64,000 nucleotides of DNA, taken from contig CM022670.1 of the NCBI GenBank assembly GCA_012295275.1, positions 23,126,001 through 23,190,000 of the forward strand, given 5' to 3'. The position numbers and the translations under genes are program-made. Each line of letters starts with the position of its first letter. Positions within the stretch are counted from its first letter, which is position 1. Below are positions 37,405 to 51,453 of this stretch, in pieces. Source of the stretch: Chrysomallon squamiferum (lineage: Eukaryota > Animalia > Mollusca). The notes below the pieces were generated by a model, which worked only from the letters and a program-made list of their open reading frames with translations, made no database searches and was not told where the DNA came from.

Positions 37405-40400
37405 CTGAAATGTAAAATAAGTTAGTATATATATATATATATATTACAGGTACTGGATCAATTATCTTTACTCCTTGGGGCCTGAGACATTCCAGATTTC
37501 TGAATTTTCCAAGGCATCTAAATATGTAAATAATTAGGCATAAACATTTTAAAATTAAAAACATAAAGAAAATTGATGATACACAACTGTGCCGACTCGA
37601 CACGTAAACAATGTGGTGAGTGAATGAACGCCACATGGCTTGAAAGAGTAGTTCTGGTCTAGTGAGGACAAAACCCACGCATGCAAACTATGAAAATAGT
37701 GTCGGGAAAAAACTTCTGGTTTTCTGATCTTACTGGATTTCAGGATGCCAGATAATTGGTCCAGTACCTGTACTACTAGTAGTAGTAACAAGATGAAGAA
37801 GAAGAAGAAGAAGAAGAAAATAAAGAAAAACATAATGTTCCTGGATTTGATATACTTTGGGCTCTGAGGGTGAGTTTTTAAAACCCAAACTTAACATGAA
37901 ATCAGTACCTCACTAATCTGTTACACCACTGTCTAGAAGTTCATGCAACAAACAAACAAAAAACCAAACATAATTAAAAAAACATAATAAATAAATAAAT
38001 CGAAATAAAATAATCAAACAAATAAAATAAATGACAAAAATAAATTTGGTAGAGGAAAGATTAGAGAGAAAAGAAAATTGAATTGTTAAACAAAACAATT
38101 ATCTTCATGATAAAAGAGGAAACTTACTGAATACATAACTACATTTCAAATGATTAATCATTTCCATCATTCAGCCAAAGAAATGTAAATTCATAAAAAA
38201 CATAAAATGAAAATCTTACATTTCCGTTTTCAAATGCTTCCCAGCTACAAGTGTCATGTTTTGTTGAAAAATTTAATAAAATTTTAAAATAAATTGTTAA
38301 TACTACAGGTTTTAAGTAAAAACCTTTCTCTATCCTTCTTTGCTCTACTGTTTATTTCAATCTAAAATGTCTTAATTAGCATTGTTTGACTTAATTTCAC
38401 AAAAAGTGTCTGCTGCAGTATCTTAGCAACCGAGTGGAGGAGAGTAAACGAAAAGTCCAAAGTGACATTTAAGCAAAGTAAAAATTGCAGAGTTTCTCAC
38501 AGACAATTAGCAGGGACAAAGCAAAGCAGTAAACAGAGTGAGAATGAGAGGAAAATGCTGCAATTACCCAATCAAAGAACACACTGAAAATACTTTTATT
38601 GCTACAAAGATTTTGCCAGTAAGGATGTTTCTGAGCAGAGGACTTGTCCAAATATATTGATCCTTTATCACTCAATTCACTTGATAAGCTGTAAGGTATA
38701 TTGGCCAGCACGACTCTGTGGAATCTCGTGACCACAGATTTTAGCTAGACCAGCCAATCAATATTTATCTGATGACAGTAACAACATTCTAAGTGGGGCC
38801 TGGGGGACATTTCACATTTCAAATTACAAAAATTGATTGTGGCCAATGAGAGCACCAGCAGACACTGGATGCAAATAAGGTGTGGGTTACAGAACTAGTC
38901 TGGTGTCCAAACTCTCAAGTCTCTCACTGGTCTGCCTGTCATTCAGTTGCCCTATGCAATTAACTCCGATTGTATCAAAACAAAAAATAAAATGCATCAC
39001 TTTGAGATGCTATAGAGACCAATCCTGTTAGCCTATTTAAAGATATACCCACTGTACGTTAGTCAAACATAATGACAAGATGTGTGCTGACATTGCTTGG
39101 TTTGATGATGATTCAAACAAAACAAAAATTTGCTTCAAGGCACAGTTGCACAACAACAATCATGAAACAGGTCTACAGGTGATAAATTAATCTATTTTTG
39201 ATATTACTTTTTTTGTTTTTAGCAATATCATTTTATTTTCTCCAAATGTGTCTCCAACCATTTTAACAATAACACCTTTAATCTGTATGAAATAAAATTA
39301 AAGTGCAAAAATATCCATAATCATTGATGTAATACTTTAGGCATAAATTATGTATACATTTGTTTTATTTATACTTTTGTCTGTGTGTATGTGTGCATGT
39401 ATTCATGTAACACTTCTATATAGACTGAAAAATTATAAAAATAGTCTATGAAGACAGATCTACTGAAGTGTTATAATGCCTCGGGTTAACATTTCAGCCT
39501 TTAGCTCCAGCATCTAACATCTTAGTCTTATTAATTGCACAATTAAAAATATCAGTGGTAGTGAAAGATATGAGGAATCAATACAACTCCTATCATTAAA
39601 AGTCACATTTGTGACCTGATGTGTTCTGGCACTAAAGACTAGATTATAACTTGGCCTGTAACACCTAAATCTTGTCTCTGCATGGATTCCCACACTAGAG
39701 TCGCAATCTTCACACATCAGGCTGCTTGAACATTAGTCAAAGACTGTCAGTGCCGATAAACATTAATGTATATCACTAATGAATGTTCCAGCCAAGCTGA
39801 GACCAGTGACAGAGAGATGGCAAGCGCCTCCTTGTCAAGAGTCAGACTTTATCCAATTAAGGCACACGAAAATAGCCAGTTCCTCATTCTTGCTTCCAGC
39901 TAATCAAATTCTTGAGAAAGCCAAACAATGATTCTTCATCACAGAAAACAATCTATGGCGAGCATATGCTCATGCATTTTTTATTTGATGAGTGTGTACG
40001 ATTTCCAGTAAAAGCAAACCAATTTGTTTTGACCGCAATTAGTGGCAGCATGCCTCAAGAGCACACACATTAAAAATATTTCTTTGGTGTCATAAAGAAA
40101 TTTGCCTCAACTGCATCTGCTTTATTTCCTGTTTCAACCAGTACCAAATATCTGGTAAAACACAAAACCAACACAGCTTAAGGCAGTGTACAAACAGACA
40201 TCCACTGCTATAGATGTTTTTTAATTGTAGAAATTTAATAACATCAAACCTATGCAAACAGTCGGGTGAAATTAACCTGTGAAATGAAAGTGGCTACATT
40301 TCTCTATAGTTTTATTTTGTAACAATACCTTTGGGGTAATTCCCATTTTAGCTAAAACCTCACATCTCGGTTGAGAAAGGTCACGTTGCCTGCATTTTTG

Positions 40401-41875
40401 CCTATGTTCCCCAAGAGCAACCCCATTCTGATATAAAATTCATTTTTAAAGGAATTGGTTAATTTACTGTTTGGAAAAACATTTTGTGCTCAGTATTAAA
40501 TTTATCATAAATAATACAAAAAAAAAAAAAAAAAAAAAATAAAAATATAAAGAATAATGCAGCAGTCTAATTGTCATATTTCAGAGAAACAGACCAGTTT
40601 TATTAATTCTAAATAGTAAAAGTAATGTGAATGAATTGCTGAAAGATTTAATAATCTAAATATACAGGATGTTACACAGACTGAAAGAGATCATTATATA
40701 TATGTGACCAAATCACAGATGTCAGCTCCAGATTAATCAGGTTACATTGCTCATTATAGAATAACACAATTTCTAAAATATAACTTTTTACACCTTACAA
40801 GTTAAATCAATTATATTGTCCATAATGAAACTGGTCCCTTATTTTGAAAATATGCATAGAAAAACTGAAAATTCTTAAAACCTAAAAATGTCCGGACCAT
40901 GTAAAATGTTTGATCTGGAGGTGTGTTCTGTTTACTGAGGTTTTTCATGTTAAAAGAAGTGCAAATCAAAGAAAGGAATGCAGAAATCCTTCTGTTTTAG
41001 AGAAAATCTTTTTTAGTGAGGAACAAGGCATGTTGAAAAATATTTCTGTATTGCAAATAATGTAACTGTGTATAATTGCTTATGTGGAAAAAGAAAGAGA
41101 AGAAGAAAATGCTTGGGGGAAAAAATACCATGTTATGGCTTATATCATGTATACAGTATTTCAGCAGAAATAATGTTAGAAGTTATTTATGTGCTCTTTC
41201 ATTTCTCATATACATCTATCAGAGAGAGGCATCAACTGTAATTACTTTCTGAGGTGTAATTATTATGGTAATTTGTTTTATATCAGGGGTGCTCCAACTA
41301 TGAAGAAATGATGAGATACCATCAACTTGCATGATACTACCAATCTTCATAACTTGGCAGCAACCTCTTTAGAAAAGCCTTATTTCATCTAGGTATAAAA
41401 ATAATCCCATTCTTGTTTCTCATCCTTACTTCGTTCATTTAAATAAAAAAATCTCATTCTGTATCTCATTCTTACTTCACCCATTTATAAAAAAAAGTAT
41501 CTTTTACTTATTTTACTCAATTATACAAATAATTTTCTTCTGTATTTCATACCAACAGCACTCAGTTTAATTTCATTCATATTTCACTCACTTATAAAAT
41601 AATCTTTTACTTATTTCATCCAGTTATGAAAATAATTGTATACATCTTTCACTCAGTTATAAAACAAAATAAATGTATATTTATTTCACTGTTAAAAAAA
41701 CACTTAACATTCCGACTCTCATACATACTTCATTCAGGTATACAAATAAAAGAATACCTATTTCACTCAGATATAAAAATAATATATTTCTTTATTAATG
41801 TGTTTTGGTTTGTTTGGAAGATTTCTGTGTTTGTTAACAAATAGGAACTAAGACCTGCAGAAATGATTAACTCAC

Positions 41876-41951
41876 CATGATACCACCATCTTGTTTTCTT
41901 TGGATTCTTGCTGCAGGTTTTCACATAAATAGCATTATCAGGAGGGCGTTT
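41876..41951 (-). CDS. UBE2W: UBE2W exon 5
   Basis: KRPPDNAIYVKTCSKNPKKTRWWYH; tttcag acceptor and gtgag donor. Confidence 0.93.
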
Positions 41952-42676
41952 CTGAAAGAGACAATAAAAAAAATAATATATATATATATGCTCAAACAAA
42001 ACATTTTTAAAACAAAAAGAGATCTGAAGAAAACATTTACAAAGAAAAACAAAAAAACAAAACAGAAAAAGTTCTAACCTTGACTTGGGTTCTACTGATA
42101 ACAAGCAAAATCAACAATTTTCAATATTTTCTTTATCTTTTGTTTTTCTTCTTCTTCTTCTTCTTATTTTTTTTTTGATTTCAAAAATAGGCCATTGATT
42201 CTCAACTGTTAAGATGCCATTGAAAACACATAAACTGTTTCCAAACACAATCAGTATATTTATTAGTCTTCAGTTTTCATGTCCTAGTAAAAAACTGATA
42301 TTTGTAAGACTCAATCATGACTGAATTAATAAAACATTTTACCATGCTGAATAACATCATGATAGTCTGTACTACTGAAGATCTTTTTTGTTAACAAAAC
42401 AACATGAGAAAAAAATAAAATAAAAGTACTTTAGAAGAAATTTAAACCACATGTGTCAATTACAAGTTTTATTGCCAGCAACAATTTTCCTGAAATTGTG
42501 CATATTTTAGAAATACTTTTATATGCCATAGAGAATTATATAAACAAAACCTGGTTTCAAAATAAATACAATGTGGCAGCAGCTTGAATCCCATTTAATA
42601 TTTTAAAGGTAGAATGATTCTTGCCTGTACATGGCATAGTTAACCAACATGCAACTGTGTGATGAGAATAATTTAG

Positions 42677-43275
42677 TTTACTTGATTCACTGATTATTTC
42701 AGTGTAGAATAAATGAACATATGTGTTGATATGTAACAGACTGCATGATATATATTAATATTTTAATTGTATGTAAATTTAGTCCACTAGTTTCACTGAT
42801 TGTTTCAGTGTAGAATAAATGAACACATATGTGTAGATATGTAACAGACTGAATAACAGATGATAAATACTGTAATAGTATATATATTTAGTCTACTTGT
42901 TTCATTCATTGTTTCAGAGTAGATAGAATAAATGAACAGATATGTGTAGATATGCATGATATATTATAATAGTTTAATAGTATATAAATTTGGTCCACTT
43001 GTTTCACTGATTGTTTCAATATAGAATAAATGAACCATATGTGTAGATACTGTAATAGTATATAAATTTAGTCTACTTGTTTCATTCATCGTTTCCAAGT
43101 AGATAGAATAAATGAACAGATATGTGTAGATATGTAATAGACTGCATGATACATAATAATACTTTATTAGTATATAAATGTAGTCCACTTGTTGTTTCAG
43201 TGTTGATTAAAAGAACAGATATTTACAGATATGTAACAGACAGCATGATATGCTAATACTTTCATAGTATATAAA
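42677..43275. repeat. Tandem repeat, units about 90-125 bp
   Basis: About six copies of tagaataaatgaacagatatgtgtagatatgtaacagactgcatgata-like sequence. Confidence 0.85.
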
Positions 43276-43938
43276 GATACTGCATCATGAACAAAGGTAA
43301 GGCATAACTATCAAAGAAATGTTTCTTGTCCTCTAACAGAGCACTGATGAGCCATACCTATTTTTGATCCATATATACATAAACTGTGTCGGGTAATAAA
43401 TAAAATTTTTATATTTTGCAACAGCAACTCTTATGTGCTAATAATAAGTCAGCTGTATTTAAGAAACTATTTATGTTTGAACTCTGTATTTATGTTTATT
43501 TAAACAAATGTTTAGTATGATGCTTGCAAAATGAATTGCCTGAAGCATTTTATTAGGATGACTGATTTTTGCTGTGAATTTAGTTACATTAATTACATTA
43601 ATAACCCCAGTGAGATCATTAAACATACATAATACATTAGGATAGGTAATAAATACTGTACTTAACAGGCTGAATTTCATCACAGAAACCGTAAAAATAT
43701 TAACTATGATTGCTATTTACAATTAATAAATATAAACAATTATCTAAATATTATTGATTTAGTCAAACTAATTTTACACATGTATATTAATCAACAACAA
43801 CAACAATAATAAAAAAAAAAAAAATCTGACATGCTGGTATATCATGTTTTAACTCAATAAAATATTTAATAGATAGTTTATTTTTAAATAAAAGACTGGA
43901 TTCAAGTTCGAAAATTGTAAAATGTCCTTTATGTAAAT

Positions 43939-44782
43939 GGTTCATTCCGTGTCAAATCACCCAATGGGTTAAACCCGACCATCTCAGATTTTTATCAAAC
44001 TTGGTATACTTGTTGACTGGGATCCCACAGCACCAAATCTGAAATTTTAGCCCAATTGGATCAGTGGTGTGGGAGATATGGCCCATGGAATTTTGAGATT
44101 TTTGGCAAAAATGGGCGTGACCACAAACCTTTGAACCCTCATATCTCAGGAACTACTGGGCCAATCTTCATAAAATTGGTACTGTTGAAAAGGCAATATG
44201 ACAAGGATTCCAAGAACTGAAGTAGGAAATAATCCAATTTTATGAAAGTGATGAAAACAGTAGAATATGTCTGGGAATGAAGGATACAGTGAGCATTTGA
44301 AACAGATGGTGAGAAGGTTAAGCATCAGAAACACCTAGTTCTCTCAAATTTATGTGAACTTTATCCATACATTTAGGCCTACAATGTCTTACTTGGTGAG
44401 ATGGTGATTCCTAGCATTCAGAATTGATCATTCATGTTTTAGTTAATCAGATGTTAATAATGGCTGAAAATGTATGTGTTTTTTTATATTGTAGCTAAAC
44501 AAAAATATTTACACCCAGGAAACTTTTATGTTTTAGCATTTTTTTAAATAAAGGTCATCTCAAAGTCCGTGATTGTTGGTCAGTTTCAAGGTCATAGCAA
44601 AGGTCAAAAAATAAATGTACAATATTTTCCAAACTGAACAAAAAGGAAATCCTTTATATGTTTTCAACAATACCAATTTTATGAAGATTAACATAAATGG
44701 GAGATTAAATCCCAGTTAAATAACCATGTTGTATAAAAATCTGAGACGGTCGGGTTTAAATTTCATCTTGACAAAATGACCC
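43939..44782. mobile_element. Non-autonomous TIR DNA transposon (MITE-like), possibly Sola-type
   Basis: Termini ggttcatt...aatgaccc; 27-bp subterminal inverted repeat 43969-43995/44733-44759 with one mismatch; AAAT on both flanks (4-bp TSD); no transposase ORF. Confidence 0.75.
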
Positions 44783-45903
44783 AAATGTATTATTGGATCC
44801 CCAAATCATCAATATATTTATTTACAATTTTTACATACAACTTCACCATTCATTTTTTTTACTTTGTAGTAATTTAATAAATTTTATAGATATAACAAAC
44901 CTAGGTAAATGTGTACATTATTTTATACAGCACAATATTTTTAAACCATTTTTTCAATTTTCCAAACTGAACAAAAAAGGCAGATTTCCTATCTACCTAC
45001 CTTCTCATATATATACATTGTCAAATATGCTCGAGTTGTTATTCTGTTTATGTTAGTATCGCACACAGGCCAAAGCACTTATAGCTATTATGCGTTTATG
45101 TTTCTGTGTTGAGTAAATACAAATGAATCAATGTTACATTTGTGCAAACATAAATTTAGCTTGAAAGCTGTTTCAGGATATTCTGTTGAAATTGTTAAAA
45201 TTAGGTAATTAATGATTTCCATTAAAGTTACAACATAACCAAACTAGCAAAAGCCTTGTGGTTGTCAGTAGATATGATTTATAATTAGAGACATGTTAAA
45301 AACAACAAATTTGTTTGAACAGGGTATAAATATTATTTGGTTGTTAAAACAAATAGCCATTATCAAATTAGGCCTGGCAACATATCTCAGTTTTTTGTCA
45401 TTATATGTTATTTGGTTGTTAATTATCAAAGAAACACAGACTATTTAAAAAACCTGTAGACCCTCGGTCACTTCTGTAATGACCCATTATATGACACACA
45501 TTATTAAAGAGCCTTGTCAATTAGGCCTCTGTGCTTGATTTGTTACACTCTTCCATAAAACACTTTATTCTTAAACTTTTATAACAGGTTCATGCTTGTT
45601 AAAATTAATTTAAATTTTTTATTCTGTATCCTCAGCTTAAAGAAACTGTTAGAAAGACTCTATTCCAGACTCAGTAAGTATATCATTAGTGTAAGAACTG
45701 ACCATGTTAGCAGTGTTTGATTAGCAGCAGAAATGATATTGACTGATGTTTATTTTTCATTGTTAAACTGTGTTAAAATCATATAAATATATATTATTTA
45801 TTATTTAGGCATGTATTTCATTTTCCTCAACATTCTTTGTGGTTTCTGTGAGACTGAAACAAGAAGGTTATATATATATATATATATATTTTATTATTTT
45901 TAC

Positions 45904-46059
45904 CTTGTCTTTACAACTCGACAGCATGCTAACCACAGACAGACAGACAGACACAACACTCAGGGCTGGTGACCAGTCATCAGTTAAAATTGAAAGACAT
46001 ATATGACCATTGCTGTACACATGTGGATGAACTGGGATGTTGGGACCAAGAAAAACAAC
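45904..46059 (-). CDS. UBE2W: UBE2W exon 4 with catalytic Cys
   Basis: VVFLGPNIPVHPHVYSNGHICLSILTDDWSPALSV; HPH in place of HPN is diagnostic of UBE2W. Confidence 0.96.
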
Positions 46060-46320
46060 CTGCAAAATAGTTACATATAAAACTGAGATTAATATTATAA
46101 TATCTCAAAACATAAAACTCCATAAACAGATAAAAAAATATTTTTCCATTTCATTTTCCTGATCATATTCTGTGATTTACTTTGGAAACAAATAGGTTTT
46201 TCTGCATGTGTTGCATGTGTACACTGTTGTTATGTATGTGAATCTTTATATGATTATTACTTATGGCTATTGTGTATATGCATGCATATAGCAGATAAGT
46301 GCATGTGTTTAACAACTCAC

Positions 46321-46423
46321 TTGAGGGGAGTCAAAAGGATATCGTGATCCGAACTTGAACTGTAATTGAAATTGTTCACCTTCATACAAAGTTCCAGGTG
46401 CACCTTCCAAATCAATAATCCAT
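46321..46423 (-). CDS. UBE2W: UBE2W exon 3
   Basis: WIIDLEGAPGTLYEGEQFQLQFKFGSRYPFDSPQ; splice phases consistent. Confidence 0.95.
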
Positions 46424-47734
46424 CTAGAATAACAAACATTTAATTACAAAATTATAAACAGTAACTTCTGGTTTTTAATGAAAAAGAATAAAAAAACTGA
46501 TTAATTTAAAAAACATGTAATAAAATACCATTAATTATTTTAACACTAATTATTTGTTTAGCCATAAACACTTATTGAAAAACAGTTAAAATTCATTATG
46601 ATTTCTGTAACATATGTGTTTCACACGGTTTTTTTTTTTTTTTTAAATTTCATTCAGATAATGAAATTAAATTTTACACAATAAAGTCAGAAAGCCCAAT
46701 GCATTAAAGGGAGACAATTCTAAAAGAATTCAATTGTATTTTTTATTAGATTTTTATATTCATAATCATGGACCGTAATTTACCATTTTATTGACTCATG
46801 ATATTCAATATTCAATTTATGTATTCATAATTTTTTTTTTAACTCTTATTTTTTTTTATTTTATGGATGTAGTTATAAAATGAAGAATTAAAATTTGTTC
46901 ATGAAGATATAACCTAAATGAATTCAAACAACTGAAATCATTTTCTCTCTACTGCTTTTGTAACCCTGAAATAATAAATTTAATCACAACAGCATTCAAT
47001 TTAAGACATCTTCCTGCAAGCTTGTTTTTAAAGCTATATAATTAGAAAAACCTTCAAAATCTCAGTTTACACCTCCTGTCAGTTTTTAAAATATTTCTGA
47101 AAAATGTGCTTTCCAATCTAAAACAATAAAGTTATTTGCTGCTATATTTCTGTTACTAATATAAATCAGAAGCTACCACTTTTTAACTGGTATTTATACA
47201 TTTGCTGTTAGTGTGTATACGCAAAGTTGGGCATTCCAATTTCTTTGACTTACATCTTGCATGTTAAGATCTCCCCTTTCTTAAATATGTTTTGATGCTA
47301 AAAATTCTACATACATTTACTGGTGAAAAATACAATGTAACATTTATTATTTTATGACATTTAATAAAATAATATGTATTTTGTTATTTATATGATAGCT
47401 GCATTAATTTTTAAAAGGCAATAATACTGGGTAGGAATAAAAGTTCATAGCACATTATTTGAGTGAACTTCAAAGACAATATTTAGATATTTGTACACAT
47501 GTTAATCACCTTTCAGAATATGTATACATCATATATTGTCAAATGTGGAATGAAATATGTGCTCAAATACCACCACAGCAAAAAAACAAAACAAAAAATG
47601 AAAATTTGTTCCAACCAAATATTTATCCACTTGAATAAATTTGATGTACCTTTGTCCAGTCACCTTTACACAACACATTAGTTCCAGTAACTTATTAACA
47701 ACAGATATTAACTTGAGAATGAGATGAGACTTAC

Positions 47735-47826
47735 TCTGAAAAGTTACTAGAGAGTCTATCTGAATCTACTTTAACACCAACTGGCGGATCCTTCAGCAAT
47801 GCCTGAAGCTCCTTTTGAAGCCTCTT
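47735..47826 (-). CDS. UBE2W: UBE2W exon 2
   Basis: KRLQKELQALLKDPPVGVKVDSDRLSSNFS; ttgcag acceptor and gtaag donor. Confidence 0.93.
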
Positions 47827-48240
47827 CTGCAATAAAAATAATAATAATAATAATAATAAATATATATATATATATATATACATATACAGTTAAAATAAAG
47901 CATATTAATAATTTCCAAATTCAGTAAAAATTAATTAAAACAACACTAAAAATAAATTCTTTGTTTTTTCCCAAAGTCATTAATGAAAATAATAGAAAAA
48001 GTAAGAATCACTTTCTATAAACTTGGTTTCTTTGTCACTTTAAATATGCTTTTGTCCTTCAACTTGAAATGGAAACATTAAAGGTTTTTTTTTTTTTAAA
48101 AGATCACTAATCTGTAAATTTAGAATGAAAATTTCACAAAACTCAAATCCAAATTAGTTAGTCCTCAACACAATACATTGTGTTTCATTGTAATCTATCA
48201 TTTGATCAAGGAATAAAATATGGTAACAAACTATCCCTCC

Positions 48241-48290
<50 letters not shown>

Positions 48291-50515
48291 AAAAAATAAT
48301 AATAATAATAATAAAATAAAATAAATTAATATATGAAAAATGAAACCGTAACAGTAATTTAAAAAATGGAATAATCAGACACTAAAGGCACCCAACATAT
48401 ATTTTCACTGTCAGTGGATGAGCTCTGCATATTGTTATCATAATTCTAAATTAATTTTCTATTCAGACATAACATGATACCAAGAAATTTTTTACTTTTT
48501 ATTATTTCTTTCAAATTAGTGTCTTTTGAAGCATTGTTTCTGCAAATAAGTCTAAAATTATAATGAACTGCATTTTTTTGTTGTCATGATGTCAGATGTT
48601 AAAATTGTTCAAAGCTATTTGTAAAAGCTACAATAATTTCAATGCTTTCAGTTTGTATTAATGTATTTGTTAAAACAGAATAATACACAAATATTTTATA
48701 AATGTATTTACACATTCAACAATAAAATTATTATATACAATATTGTTGATGAAAGAAAATAAACATTTTCAAATCCAGTGCTTGGATTAAATCTATTAAT
48801 TTTATTTCTATGCAGTTTTTCATTTCAGTGTATTGTTAAGAGTCCATTTAAAAGGAATATCTGAGGCAATAAGTCTGCTTACATATTAAGTCATCCATCC
48901 TTCATGTATTACAGAATTTATCTCTCTTTCACTGTGACAGTATCACAAGTTGAGAACATCAGTGAAAATATAGCAAAATGTCATTATAATGCCAATATTG
49001 GTGCTGAACAGACATTTAGGTTTATAGTTTTTTTTAGCAAGTTTCAGGACTGACCCAAAAATACCCCAGAGTCTGACCAGTTAAAGACTCCTTTATAAGC
49101 TTCAACTGGTAAAAGAATTTTAAAAAGAAAAAAAATATTGCTTATCATTGAACCATTTATATCACCTTTATTCTTGTGATTTTACTTTTTCTTAAAGAAC
49201 TGTATTTCAGGTAACTAACATCGGGGAATCAATATCACACTGCATGTTGTTTTGAAAAAAACTAAATATAAAAAAGATGTAAGGTGAGGTTATGTGCTAT
49301 TTAAGAGAGTTAAGTAACATCTTTATTTATAAAATACTATCAATTTTTGATGGGGAAGTCTTAATGTTAAAAATAATAAAACTGTTAGAGGGAATAAAAA
49401 AACTGAATTATATAACAGTTGTTGGACAACATTTCAGTGAGATGAAGATGGCATGTGTCTTGTGTTGTTAAACATTCAATAAAAGGGTATTTGGCAATGA
49501 TCTGAAAGATGAATGATCAAAAGGCATGAGATGTGCTTTTCTGTTTGAAGGTCCCTTTCTTTCTTAACTGAAAAAATATTCATTATTAAACTTCATTCTG
49601 ATGGCACTTATGTCTTCACATTAACACTGGCACCATTTGTTTTTTGTACAGAAGGTTCAAATATATTTTATGGAAAAGTGTAACTGTGATACTCTGCATA
49701 GATAAGGAACACTGTAGGGTGACAATTAAAGACTGTTTTGGGACTATGCTTGCTGTTGATATCATGCTTTTGGAATTGTATTGTGAAATTTTCAGACTTG
49801 AAAATGATTCTTTTGAAGAGAATTTGGTCTGCATTCTCATGTATGAACGTGGGTACCAGCCAAACCATCAAGGACTTGACAAAGGGCTATGGTTTTCTGT
49901 ACCTTCCTGTTACGCCTTCTGAACAGGAATACCTGCGTAAAATAAAACATAAAAACCTCCCTCCCCATCTGAATAAATTTGAAATGTATTAACAATAAAT
50001 ACATTTTTGTTTTTTAAATGTAGCCTTATCATTGTTCCTTTTTAATATTTGCAGTCCTAAACACAATATATATATAATGCCATATAATCGCAAATCAAAA
50101 CGTGTTGATTACATCTTAAAATTAAAAATACACACAGAATTTCAATTTACGTCAGGGTAACGAGTTCTATTACACTTATCAATAAGCTTAATAAAAATAA
50201 ATTCTGCAACATTAATAGGTAAATTCTATGATAATAATCACTGATCAAAGGTTATAAATATAATTTAATAGTATTATTATTAAACATAAATCTTAATGAT
50301 TAATCATATTAAAGAACCGTTTCAATTTCATAGGACAAGAACAGCTGTGACAAACTTATGCATAAAATAAACAAGCTCGCTGCTTATAAACCAATATGCA
50401 TCAAGGCAAAAACTTTATCTAAATTTACTATGAATGATGGACAACAAATTTAAATGTAATATTTAGAAACATTTGTAAAATACTACAAAATAGGCACAGA
50501 TGAAAGCGGAAGTAC

Positions 50516-50530
50516 CTCCATGGAAGCCAT
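50516..50530 (-). CDS. UBE2W: UBE2W exon 1 coding part (MASME)
   Basis: ATG GCT TCC ATG GAG|gtac; matches the vertebrate start MASMQ|KRLQKEL; phase 0. Confidence 0.85.
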
Positions 50531-50718
50531 ATTTGTTTAGAAGTAGTTTCGTATCTTCTAAGATAATAACTTTTTAAAAGAAGATTTCAATAAAAATAGA
50601 CGAAATTATATATTTATTATTATTATATATGTATATACATTATATTAAAATGTATTAGCTATTATTAATAAATATTATCATACGAAACGATAATTATTGA
50701 CTTCACAAATTTTGCAAG
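50531..50718. promoter_or_regulatory. Shared divergent promoter and 5' UTRs of UBE2W and BPNT2
   Basis: 188 bp between divergent ATGs. Confidence 0.7.
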
Positions 50719-51042
50719 ATGGCACCAGTGAATGTCCGCTTGAATCCTTTTGGGATGGTGATATTTGTTTTAGCTACATTATGCATATTGTTTTATTTGT
50801 TTGGTCTTCCATGGTTTTTTCCAGGAGAGCCTCGGGTCAGTATGAGAGAACTGTTGTCAGTCAGCATCGTGTTAGCACAGCGAGGTGGCATTATTGTACG
50901 CGAAATTGCGAAGAACCATACACTCAATGCAAAACAAAAAGGACTGACTGACGAAGGAAAGAAAGAATTATTGACAACAGGAGATATGGAATCACACAAA
51001 GCTATATATTATGGATTCGCAAAGGCGTACCCAGGAATGCAG
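50719..51042 (+). CDS. BPNT2: Golgi PAP phosphatase (IMPAD1/gPAPP) exon 1
   Basis: MAPVNVRLNPFG plus hydrophobic signal anchor, KGLTDEGKKELLTTGDMESH; donor CAG|gtaata. Confidence 0.93.
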
Positions 51043-51151
51043 GTAATAAATTATCCAATAAATTAAATAGGAAGTTATAGAATTAATTATTCTATATTAT
51101 ATATAAAATCAAACCCAAAGTGAAAGTTATGAAACTATTAAAGCTAAACAG

Positions 51152-51186
<35 letters not shown>

Positions 51187-51287
51187 AGAGAGAGTAAAGT
51201 TGGATGGCAAGATATGAAAAGAAGGATTTAGAATATTATCAAAAGAGGGTAGCAAGAACACTGCAAAATTAATAATTTACATTTTAG

Positions 51288-51453
51288 GTAATTTCTGAAG
51301 AACATGACACTGAACCTATAAGTTTGTCAGCTATTCCTGATGTTAACAAGAAACTTGAAGAAGTTCAGAATATTATAAAAAGTGATCAGTCTATTCCAAT
51401 GAAGTCCATTTCAGTCTGGGTGGACCCACTTGATGCCACTCAGGAATATACAG
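51288..51453 (+). CDS. BPNT2: BPNT2 exon 2
   Basis: VISEEHD...VWVDPLDATQEYT, the IMPase metal-binding motifs. Confidence 0.95.

Noticed and set aside
37590-37710. Hammerhead or other small ribozyme
   Set aside because: Lacks the CUGANGA core in the required arrangement; kept only as an unidentified structured element.
3442-38098. Many short Phe/Ile/Tyr/Asn-rich ORFs in the track
   Set aside because: Translations of (AAT)n, (ATTT)n, (GT)n and poly-T tracts with no coding signal.
42677-43275. Repeat array as a CRISPR-like locus
   Set aside because: Whole units are degenerate copies without unique spacers; eukaryotic intron with no cas genes.
49616-49992. Four overlapping short ORFs in UBE2W intron 1
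   Set aside because: No recognisable domain; exon 1 splices to exon 2 in frame without them.
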